In this document: positions 48,237 through 59,169 of the stretch, one piece after another
Layout of the letters: each line of letters begins with the position of its first letter
How positions within the stretch are numbered: the first letter of the stretch is position 1
Assembly (NCBI RefSeq): GCF_032191835.1
Contig: NC_083230.1
Location: 3,720,001-3,784,000, forward strand
Origin: Heteronotia binoei
Lineage: Eukaryota
DNA length: 64,000 nt
Direction of reading: 5' to 3'
Made by a program: the position numbers and the translations under genes
The notes under the pieces: model-generated
The model's input: the letters and a program-made list of their open reading frames with translations, nothing else
What the model was told of the DNA's origin: nothing
Database searches by the model: none

Positions 48237-49620
48237 CAGGGGTATCAAACACATTTGTTAGGAGGGCCATATCTGACATAAATGGGACTTTCTGGGGCTG
48301 AGCCATACATTTCTTAAAATATAATGCCAGATAGAGGGGATATAGACTTTATAAAGGACACAGGCAAACACAATTAAAGATATTATTTTTTAACTTAAAA
48401 TACAAAGATGCCTAAAACTTTTGCAATATTTTGTTTAGGAAAGGTAGGAGAATAGTGGGATTTTGAAATGCAATTTCAAAAATAAAACATCAAGAAAAAG
48501 CACAAGGATCACACAGCAGAAAACTAAAAATATAAAATGCCCTCAGCATGGGAAAACATGAAATGGCAGGGCATTTCAAGCTTCTCTCCCCCACCCCTCA
48601 CATCTACTCAGATTAGAAATGGCTTTCCAGTATAACATCCCCCTTTGGCTGTGGGTTCCCAAGTTAGAGTACTCTGTAGGCACTAGTCCTCATGTCCATT
48701 TTAAAAAAGGCAAAGCTGACTCAGAGCATCAATGCTGCCTCTGCACACACTATAGTTGAAGCCAAAATGTACATTAAGAAACTTTTTTCTGGTCTGGAAA
48801 TTTAAAAAAAAAATGAAGAGAAACTTTGCCTTCCCATTCATTCATAATACCAAGAAGGTGGGGGGGGGGGGGGGAGTGGGAAATAAGCAAACAAGGAAAA
48901 AGAAAGACTGACAGAAAGACTGAAAGAAAGGAAGGAAGAGGCAGGGAGGGAGGAAGGATTGGAAACAAATAGACAGAAAAAGAAAGAGAAATGAAATAGG
49001 AAGGAAGGAAAAGGGAGGGAAGGAGTAAAAGAAAGGAGGGGGGAAAGGAAGGAAGGAAGGAAGGGAGGGAGGGAATGGGAGAAACTCACCTGTAAAACTG
49101 CTGACTCTCAGGAAGCCTGCTGCTCTGCAGCTTGGTCTCTGGAGGCCCGCCGGCCCATGCAACTTCGGGAGGCCCCCTGAGCAAGCACAGCTGGGCCCCC
49201 AGAGGCCTGTCAGCCCATGCAATGTTGGGAGGTCCCCGGGATAGCGCAGCTGGGCCCCCTGAGCCCTGCTGGCCCATGCAATGTCGGGAGGTCCTCGAGA
49301 AAGCGCAACTGGGCCCCCTGAGCCCTGCTGGCCAGCACAACATCAGAAGGCTGCCCAACAAATGTGGCTCGCCCCTGAGCCCTGCCAGCCAGCCAGAAAG
49401 CTGAGCTGGAATGCTTGCTTAGGCAGCCAGAACAATGCCCGGGCCAGCCGGAACAGCTTTCTAGTGCATTCCGGCTCAAAAAAAGTCCTGGTTTAATTAA
49501 TGGAAGTAGATGGCTATGTATTTTAAAATAAATTTAGGGTTCATATGTTCCAGTTCAACATGTCTCCCTCTCTTCCCTTCCAGCTCTCTGGCTGCCTTTC
49601 TTCACATTAACACACCCTGA
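48237..49620. mobile_element. Probable non-autonomous hAT element with GGAA-rich and ~40-bp GC-rich tandem repeats
   Basis: Starts CAGGGGTATCAAAC after TTCTAGAC and is organised like 25808-26905; right TIR degenerate and right TSD not found. Confidence 0.5.
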
Positions 49621-49972
49621 GTCCATTCTACTGGAAGGGCGTGCTATAAATAAAATAAATAAACACACACACCCCTTGCTTTTTAAACTGTTTCATTATC
49701 ACTAGGACTGAGTGTCAAGTTTATTCACAGCAGAAGCCAGCAAAAACAATACAGATAAAGCCAATGCCGGTTACAGTAACCCATATGAATTATGCTGAGA
49801 GAACAGAAGTAAAATTGCTACAGTCAGCTATAAAACATACATACAGTTTATAATGGGATTAAACATTTTTAAAGCTACCAACTAAGAGAGAGAGAAAAAG
49901 AAAACGCCTAGCTATTACCCTTCTGAGTTACAAGTGACTTTCTAGTTCTGGTGGCAAGCCAGCCAAATTTAA

Positions 49973-50395
49973 TGTCAAGTCTGTCTATAACTCTGGCTCA
50001 GTCAAAGAGCATTCTGGGTAGAACCAAAGTGTATTCAATTGCTGCTAGCTTGTACCTTCCCTACCCCTCCCTTCCTGTAGTAAGTGTCCTTGCTTTGAAA
50101 TGGAAAGATGTGAAAGCCTTATCTGCGCCTTCTCAGGCTTGGCTCTCAGGAGGGAGTCAGGAGTCTGCTACAATCAAGGCCACTCAAGCCTGAGAATGAA
50201 TTGGTAACATCAATGTGTGAATGTGCCCTGCATAATCCTCCACCCTTAGGAATCCCTTTGAAGTATCCCATATATGCAATGCATTTACAGGTTACTCTTT
50301 AGTCTTTCAATGCTGGCTTAACCTCAAGTATCAGTATCAATAAACTAGTTTCTTTGTTTCAACAACGACTCGTTATTGAATCTGCCGACTTGACA
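49973..50395 (+). mobile_element. Solo LTR, 423 bp
   Basis: 9-bp terminal IR TGTCAAGTC/GACTTGACA; flanks TTTAA/TTTAG; 3' half resembles the gypsy LTR at 36794-36976. Confidence 0.8.
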
Positions 50396-50396
50396 T

Positions 50397-51110
50397 TTAG
50401 CTAATCTGAGTATAACCATATGAGACTTTGAGATTAAAACTAATTAGTAGTTGGCTAAGAAGGTGGCCTGCATAATTAACTTTTTTGTCTTTGGCTGTCC
50501 CAGTTAGGGACCATACATTACTTGTAGTCTCTGACAAATATTTTCTGCTCTTTGGATGTGCGCAAAGGTCAACTGAACCAATGTGAGCGTTAAAATCACC
50601 GCCAATAATAATGTGAGTGGCAGGGTAGGGTGCGATCAGATAACCCAGATATGATTCTAGTCCCAAAAATCTTGCATAAATCTCGTTGATTGTTCCACCA
50701 GGCGGTACATACACATTTACTATTATACAGTATGAATTGTTACTCTCAAAAAAAAGAGCTAATGCAAACTGGTCATAATTGGGAAGTAGAAGTAGAAGAA
50801 GAAGAAGATATTGGATTTATATCCCGCCCTCCACTCCGAAGAGTCTCAGAGTGGCTCATAATCTCCTTTACCTTCCTCCCCCACAACAGACACCCTGTGA
50901 GGTGGGTGGGGCTGGAGAGGAAGTTGATTGGAGCACAGAGGAAGAGTCCACCCCTAGCTCTACCATGTTCTGATGCCTCTGCAGGAAGGGCAAATGTTCT
51001 ATAACCACTCAAAAAGGGCTCCTCCAGGTACCAGGTTTCCTGACAAAGCACTGTATCAAATTTGCAAATAAAATTCATTGCACCGATTTCCACTAGCACT
51101 GAGTGGATTT
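50397..51110 (-). mobile_element. LINE APE-endonuclease fragment with an inserted SINE (~50783-50921)
   Basis: LCQETW, YVPP, IIIGGDFNAHIG motifs. Confidence 0.75.
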
Positions 51111-51512
51111 CACGCCGTCTGAAATCAACCCATTATTCTACTTGAAGAGATCCCCCTCTCCATTTCTAGTAGATAAAACAAAAAAGAAACATAACAGCAC
51201 AGCTTGCAATTCTTATTAGTGGAAAGGAGCAAGAATCTAACAGCACCTGAACAACTAACAAAATTTGTGGCAGGTCATGAGCTTTCATGAGTCACTGCTC
51301 ATTTCTTCATCTACAGCTAGAATGTAAGTCTATCTGTCTTTATATCTTGGAGAGTGGAGTGATTTCAGATGCTGAATGACAATAGCAGACATTGGTAGTG
51401 AGATAGGAACCCTTGGTTTCAATTCATTCCAGAAGGATGCATTGTCTTGAGCGTCATTATCATTTACAATTCAGCAGTCTCTCTTTCTAATATCCCTTTG
51501 AAATCTCTTTGT

Positions 51513-51740
51513 AAGAGAAGAAGAAGAATTGCAGATTTATACCCCGCCCTTCTCCCTGAATCAGAGACTCAAAGCGGCTTACAATCTCCTATGTCTTCTC
51601 TTTCCACAGCAGACACCCTGTGAGGTGGGTGAGGCTGAGAGGGCTCTCACAGCAGCTGCCCTTTCAAGGACAAGTCCTGCAATAGCTATGGCTAACCCAA
51701 GGCCATTCCAGCAGGTGCAAGTGGAGGAGTGGGGAATCAA
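51513..51740 (-). mobile_element. tRNA-headed SINE with L2-like tail (further copies ~50783-50921 and ~58690-59118)
   Basis: Three mutually similar copies; the 58690 copy retains a tRNA-like head on the minus strand. Confidence 0.75.
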
Positions 51741-51954
51741 ACTACTACTCTTGTCAGGAACGAAATGTCCTGGAATATTGACTGATATGAAATCTGTATT
51801 TATGGCCACCTATCTCTTGAACCTACTGCACTGGGGTGAAAATCCCTGCACTAAGGTCTGGGAAGCTGTGCACTAGTGCACCGTAGTGCAGCCTACAGGG
51901 AACACTACCTCTGTGTAACTAGGCAGGATTTTTTTCTGCTCTTCAGAAGATATG

Positions 51955-52150
51955 AACATATGAACATATGAAGCTGCCTTATACTGAATCAGACCCTTGG
52001 TCCATCAAAGTCAGTATTGTCTTCTCAGACTGGCAGCGGCTCTCAAGCTGAGGATTTTCACACCTGCCTGGACCCTTTTTGGAGATGCCAGGGATTGAAC
52101 CTGGGACCTTCTGCTTACCAAGCAGATGCTCTACCACTGAGCCACCATCC
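51955..52150 (-). mobile_element. Squam3-like tRNA-derived SINE
   Basis: Minus strand GGTGGCTCAGTGGTAGAGCATCTGCTTGGTAAGCAGAAGGTCCCAGGTTCAATCCC head and CATATGAA-repeat tail; second copy at 56295-56489. Confidence 0.85.
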
Positions 52151-55100
52151 CTCCCCAAAAGATATACTCTTTTCTTTTGGCCTGAATGGGAGTTTAAGCA
52201 TACTACCCGATCACCCTTGACAAAATGGGAGTTTCAGCATACTACCCAATCACCCATGACAAAATTTCAATCCCAGTTCTGGTGTCTGTGTAAAACAGAC
52301 TTCAGTTTAGGCTAACTCTCAGATGTTCAGTTTTGATACTGAATTCTTCCTCAGAATAGATAGAAAACTGTTAAGGCAAGGAGTTATTTCCCTTCACTCC
52401 AAAGGTGAACCTGTCACATTGACTCTGTCAGATTAACTGACTGAAACCAACTCTGTTAGAAGCTAACTGACTGACAGTCTGACTTCCTACAGACCAATTG
52501 GCTAAAAGACTCCAAGAAAGACTATGCTCTCAGCACTCCGTTAATCATATAGTTTTCCTCAGCTGGCACTGGCCAATCAGAGGGAGGGGAGAAGAAAGCA
52601 ACCTGTCACTCAAGCTCTCCATTCCAGCACCTCCCAGCTCACTGAAATTGCTGCACTAGGAAACCTGTTGGTAAGGGCTGTCCATCATACATACATAAGA
52701 ATGTGGATATTCCAGCCTCACAACTGGTTTTAGTGGCATTTACTACAGTATCTATTCCTAGGCTCCATGACTTTAAAATACTCATCTGAGAGCATCTGTA
52801 CTGATATGGAATCTGTATTTATGGAGTAACTGGGTTCAGGTCAGGAACTGAATGTCCTGGAAGGCTGATATGTTTCTTCACTATTTTTAAGTATTGTGGT
52901 TTCTAATGTCAGACTGATGTACATTTATTCTTTACACCCCCCTGGACTGAATCCTCCTGGACTGAGTTCAGATCTAGGTCTCATTACCATTGCTGATATT
53001 GGTATTTACTACCTATCCACATATCACATCTAATGCAATCAAGCCTGCTATTGTCATTCATGTGCTGTTGCCATTCAGCATCTGAAGTCCCCTTTATAAA
53101 GTTTATATCTCCAGGACCTCGTGTTACATTTTATGGCACCCATGGCTCTACCCAACAAAGAGACAGTTATGTCAGATCAGGTCATCATAATAAATTAGTT
53201 TGACATCTGTTTCCCTGAAAACCCTACAAAGTCACCATAAGTCAGTTGTGACTTAAAGGGAAAAAATAGGGGGAGTGTTCCTGGCCCATTTCCTGGGAGA
53301 ATGGCTCATTCAATAAAAAAGGGACTTATTTCTTATTTAGGATTGCTCACATTATGTAGTGTACACTTCAAACAACTTCTATCTACACTTGTAAATATCA
53401 TGGTCCTGAATCATTCCAGAAAAGATTTTCTGCTTTCTGTCTCATGTTTCTTTGTTGGATGTCTGAATATGACAGTGGGAGCCATCACTTGCCACCCTTC
53501 ATTCTCCTTTCACAGCTACAGGCCTCAGATTTTCTCCAGGCGGTGTGTCATATTTGACTTTTCTGACTGAAGCAGGCTTTGTGCCCATTGTAATGCGAGT
53601 GTTTCATGGGATGATAATACTAAAATGCTTCACAGGAAACAGCTGCATCTACAGCCAGAGAATGATGTCTCTGGATTGTCTTTGTAGGATATAATGACAC
53701 ATAGAGCAGGAAAACTAAAGCCTAGAATGTATTAAGGAGGCAAATGGTAGTGAGATTATACAAGATCATTCAGAGTCCCTGGTTGACATTTCCTAATGCA
53801 TTTGTGAAAATTATTGGAAATGCAGAAAGGACTTGCTTGTGAACAACAATATTACTCTTGTTTGTAATTTACCCAAGTAGTCAGCTGTGTTGGTCTGAAG
53901 TAGTAGAACAAAATAGGAGTTAAGTCGCACCTTTAAGACCAACTTAGTTTTATTCAGAACATAAGCTTTCGTGTGTTCTCTAAGCACACTTCATCAAATG
54001 AGGAATCCAGTACAGTAATTGCTCACTATTCGTAGCAATTTACCCAGTGAGTAGCTGTCTGTGTGGCTAGTTTGTTTTTAACTATTTCAGAACAAACTTT
54101 GATAGAAATAAGTCAGGAGTTGTGTATAAATAGTCCAAAAAGTTATTTCTGGAAGGAATGAGGATAACAAAAGTATAATATGTTAGGACACAGAAGCTTC
54201 TGACTAATTAAAGTTTAAGGATATGTGTTTTTGTTTAGCTGGTTTTGAACTGAATTGCTACCTTTTGCTTTTAACCAATTAATTAGCTAATTAAACAATA
54301 AGAGCAAATATAAAAATCTGAGAATAGACATGTTTTGCTTATCTTGACTGCGTTTTATTTATAACAGGATATATATCTTAATTTTATTTTCTGGCTAATG
54401 CCTGCAGCATCACTAGTTACAAAAGACACAATTTGTTCACCTTCTATCCAGCTTCAAATTCTAATCTCATCCAGTATTTGTACTTTAAAAAATGTTTAAT
54501 AATTAGTTTAGCTTTGTAAAGAGCTTTGTGTCACTGTACCAGATAACTTTCATGTAGCTTTTTTAAAAACGCTGCTTCTTTTTCCATAGGATAAAGCTTC
54601 AATAAAACTAAATCAGCTTAAGTAAAACCAGAATAAAAACAAACAGGTACACTTTAACCACAGTTCTGCTCAAAGCTGCACTCAATGAAATGCTTGAAGA
54701 CCATGCAGTTAACAATATCCATAACAACTGGCAAAATCTCCACTGCTTTTAACATAGTTGCTTTTGCATATTGGACTTTAATGCCTTTTAAACTTTTTCT
54801 TCTCCAAAAAATTAATCTGTTTTACACTGGAACAGTTCCACATTGGAAAACTGATATTTGCTAAATCTAAATGCATTAAATCACAAGTACAGCATTAAGT
54901 GCTGTCTAGCTCTAGCCTTGTATTGGTTTTAACATTTTAGACTCATAAACAAACAAAACCATCATAAGAAGGTCATTTTTTAGCATTTCCAAGGTCAATG
55001 TGATTTTCCTCTTGACTTCAAAAATAGATTGTCTTGCTCCATTTGCCTCTGGTTTATCTTACACAAACTTCTTGAAGTGCAGCAGAATTCATTAGACTAA

Positions 55101-56294
55101 CAGCTGGATCATGAACCCTGAAGCAGATTGGTCCAGCTGAAGAGTCTTTCATTTGATGCAGGTAACAAAAAATTGTTATCTTGCACTGCAGAAGCGGCAC
55201 TTGTCACTGCTGTTGTCCAGCACACTTGAGAAGCTCCTGTATGGCTCATGGTTTTTCAGGCCAGAGTGAAGGGAGGGAGTGCCTGGAGTCCCCTCCATTG
55301 ATACCTTGGGGACGCTTCTTGTCCTTCTGTGTTTGAACTCCAGAAAGTTCCTGGCAAAGAGGTTTAAAAACTAGCGGCAGCCAAGTGCTTATATGAGTCA
55401 GGATAGTGCTTTCTCTTTCTCAAAGCCTCATAATGCACTGCAGTAGCTGAAGCTTAGGATATCATTATTCTTGAAAGCCCCAAACATCTCTCTAGAGGAC
55501 ACTGATGAAAACAATCCGCTAAATTACAGCCAGCATTTTACAGAATCTCTCTTCCATAAGCTCCATTTGAGAACTAATAGGGCAGAGCAACCCTGGAAAA
55601 AATCACTCCAGTCTATGCCACTGAAATCTGGGATCTTACAATGGAGTAACTTTGCATAGGGTTGCACTGCCGATTGCTTCTGAGCACAAGGCCATATGTT
55701 CAGATTATTTTTATGTTGACCGTTAAGGGTGTGTGTTCAATATATACTGAGCCAAATAAATACCCTAAAAATTATCTGTATTTTGGGGGTATTTATTCAG
55801 CTGAAATTCAGCTGAAATTAGTCTAATTTGTCTACTGATATTATTTGGCTTTTATTTGGGCATGGCTAAAAAACATTTAAAGAGACCACAGTCTCTTTAA
55901 ATGCCTTCTGAGTTCACTTACTGAGTTGTGCCTCCGCCATGGCACTACTTGGTGAATTAATTCAGAAGATATTGAAAGTTTACTCGCTATGCTTAGAAAG
56001 CATTTAAACATAACTTAAATTGATTGGTTCTCCATTATATCCTATGGAGACAGTCCCCATTGAGTATTATGGAGCCTAATAAATTTGGGTTTCCAAATAT
56101 TTACCTGAATACCAATACAATACCAATACTGGTATTTGTGAATATTTGAGAATACCAATATTTTTGGGGTCCAACAGGCCCAAATTGGGGGGACCCTTCC
56201 CCCCCCACAGCACTATAGGCAGTGTGCAGCCAAAATATAGTTATTATGAGACACAAATAAGCGAATCATGTAACATTGATCTTTTAAAGAGGGA

Positions 56295-56489
56295 CATATG
56301 AACATATGAAGCTGCCTTCTACTGAATCAAACCCTTGGTCCGTCAAAGTCAGTATTGTCTACTCAGACTGGCAGCAGCTCTCCATGGTCTCAAGCTGAGG
56401 ACTCTTTTTTAGTTGGAAATGCCGGGGTTTGAACCTGGGACCTTCTGCTTACCAAGCAGATGCTCTACCACTGAGCCACCGTCTCTCCC
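56295..56489 (-). mobile_element. Squam3-like tRNA-derived SINE
   Basis: Aligns with 51955-52150. Confidence 0.85.
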
Positions 56490-56789
56490 TGAGGGAATGA
56501 CATAATATTTATAAGTATAGCTTTATTCTTGTTTGCATGGTGCTTTAGGGAGCCTTCTAAGCTCAGTTTTGGCACGTGTATATAAAGACAGGATGAAGTG
56601 TTAATTTCCTGTGTCATATTTGCTATTTTCTCTTGGATAAACTGTATGCATTACTGATATGTGAAAGTGTTGTTAACATATTCCTGAGAGCTACTGCAGG
56701 ACATTAATCACAGAAGGGAGGCAGAACATGACTACTTTGTCCTCCCAGGTCTCAGCAATTTATTTCACTGAGCAACACTGCTACTTTTA

Positions 56790-57570
56790 TATTATTTATA
56801 ATTTTCTGTAATGGCATCATTAAAACATCTTCAAAGTTGTTCAAATACATTGCTGTCAATCCATCTGGCCTGCTGCCTTATTATTTTTCATATTCTTTAT
56901 TGCCTGAGAAATTTCTTGAATTGTTATTGTTTGTTTCAAAAATTTTCTGTGTTCTGATGTGAACTTTGAGATTGGAATGTCTTTTAGATATTCTCTTAAT
57001 CCTTCGTCTGGAACAGACTTCTTATATAATCCTGAATAAAACCATAAAATTGCTCCTGTATTTCATTTTCTACATATGTTATTTGATCTCCTTTCTTTAT
57101 ATCTGTGATTACTCTCCCCCCCCCCTCCTTTCTGAAACAATATGCTAAATACCTGCCAGGTTTGTTTGTGTGTTCAAAATGCTTTTGTTTTAGGAATTTG
57201 TACCTCTTCCACTTCTTGCATGTCTGGTTTTTTTAGTTGCCTGATCTCTGCTAATGTATGATTATTAAGATTATTTTTGTGCTCTTGTTCCAGTGTCTGG
57301 ATTTTTTCAACTCTTATCTTAATTTGTTCTGATTTTTCTCATTTCTTTTTGGTCGGCGCAGCTAGAAAGATTTCTCTAATAAAGGCATTACTTGCTTCCC
57401 AAATTGTAGCTGAGGACATTCCTTCCATGTTATTTATTTTAAAAAACTCTTCCAGGTCTTTTTTGTACTTCCTTATTACATCTTCTTGTAGAGTGTACTT
57501 TGATGTGTCCTTCTTTGGATCTAATACTTTATTCATACCTCCAACAATAATCATATATTCCTAGCATAAT
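56790..57570 (-). mobile_element. L1 ORF2 fragment
   Basis: IIVGGMN.VLDPKKD and EEFFKINN....ATIWEAS.AFIR motifs. Confidence 0.7.
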
Positions 57571-58590
57571 TTGAAAAATTTGAAAAAAAAATTAGCTTTA
57601 ATATCATTCACAAGCCATAACACTAAACCCTTCAATCAAAAAGTTCTAATAATAAAAAGAGAATAGCTGATTGTATAGTCCACATTTATAAAGAATAAAG
57701 TTCATCAAGTTCAGTTTTTTAACAGTTGAGTTTGTTGGCCTTTTCTCGGATTTGTTTGGATCTGTTGCTGTTGGTTTTGCATCCTGTCCTGTTGTCCCTT
57801 TCCTGGTTCTGTTTTTTGGGTGTGTGTGTGTGTGTGTTAAAAGTTAAGTTTCTTTCTGTCACATTTTGGGTTTTTTTAATTACCTCTGGTTGGTGTAAGG
57901 GGGTTGGTGTGTTGCCTGTGTGGGGTGGGTCACTTTCATGTTTTTATAGGGCTAGTTTTGGAGTCTGAGGGTTCCATGCAGTTTTGGGGGCTCTTTGTCA
58001 AAACCCCTTCCCCCCAGTAGCCTCTGATTATGCCCTATGTTGCCATTGATTTCAATGGTCCGTAGGGTATAATGGTGGGATAGGGAATGGGAACCCCTGG
58101 CCCAATCTTTTTGGAACTTGGGGGTGTTTGTAGGGGGGAGTCCCGTGCAGGTTCCCTGCAAATTTGGGGCCTCTCCCTCAAACCCCCTCCCCTCCAGGTG
58201 GCTTCCAATATACCCTATTTTGCCATTGATTTCAGTGGCCCATAGGGTATAATTGGGCCATATATTTGGAAATAGCCGTATATCTCCAGGAGGAGGTGCG
58301 GGCCCTGCGATGCTTAGATCAATTCCGCAGGGCCTGTAAGACCTACCTCTTCAAAATAGCCTTCACCTAATGCCGAGCTAAGAAAGTGTCGCTGGATATG
58401 TTTTTAGCCACAGAATGTATCAAAGATCTAAGTTATAGCACCATAATTAATTTTAATACAATTTGTAAATGGATTTATGTTGATTTTATAATTATAAATC
58501 TAAGTACTATGTATAATTTTATTGTATTGTATTCATATGCTGTGAGCCGCCCTGAGCCTGCCCTTGCGGGGAGGGAGGGATACAAATAAA

Positions 58591-58595
<5 letters not shown>

Positions 58596-58670
<75 letters not shown>
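58596..58670 (+). repeat. (TAT)n microsatellite at the tail of an L2-type 3' end (58270-58595)
   Basis: About 25 TAT units read directly. Confidence 0.95.
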
Positions 58671-58671
<1 letters not shown>

Positions 58672-58962
58672 CAAAAAGGAAGAAAATAGAAGTTTGAAGA
58701 AGACTGCAGATTTATACGCCACCCTTCTCTCTGAATCAGAGACTCAGAGCGGCTTACAATCTCCTATATCTTCTCCCCCAGTAATGATTATCACCCTGTG
58801 AGGTGGATGGGACTGAGAGGATTCTCACAGCAACTGCCCTTTCAAGGACGACAACTGCAAGAGCTATGGCTAACCCAAGGCCATTCTAGCAGCTGTAAGT
58901 GGAGGAATGGGGAATCAAACCCGGTTCTCCCAGATAAGAGTCCGCATACTTAACCACTACAG

Positions 58963-59098
58963 CAGGGGTGGCCAGTGGTAGCTCTCCAGATGTTTTTTGC
59001 TTACAACTCCCATCAGCCCTAGCCATTGGCCATGCTGGCTGGGGCTAATGGGAGTTGTAGGCAAAAAACATCTGGAGAGCTATCATTGGCCACCCCTG
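58963..59098. mobile_element. 136-bp hairpin MITE (hAT-like)
   Basis: CAGGGGTGGCCA...TGGCCACCCCTG with long internal inverted complementarity; flanks CACTACAG/CGCTACAC (6/8). Confidence 0.85.
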
Positions 59099-59169
59099 CG
59101 CTACACCAAACTGGCTCTCTTTGGCTTAGTTTGATTTGGTTTACTTTTTAATTTATATTTTCCTCTCTG

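Noticed and set aside
49130-49400. Regularly spaced ~40-bp GC-rich repeats (CRISPR-like at a glance)
   Set aside because: Degenerate tandem units without unique spacers, inside a eukaryotic DNA transposon; no cas genes.
52080-52150. tRNA gene-like sequence (also ~56420-56489 and ~1430-1500)
   Set aside because: Attached to SINE bodies and tails and present as diverged copies; these are SINE heads, not tRNA genes.
51750-52865. Short permuted direct repeats suggesting an LTR pair around 52300-52700
   Set aside because: Block order is permuted and no TG...CA boundaries or TSD could be fixed.
58519-58722. Poly-Ile ORF
   Set aside because: Translation of a (TAT)n microsatellite.
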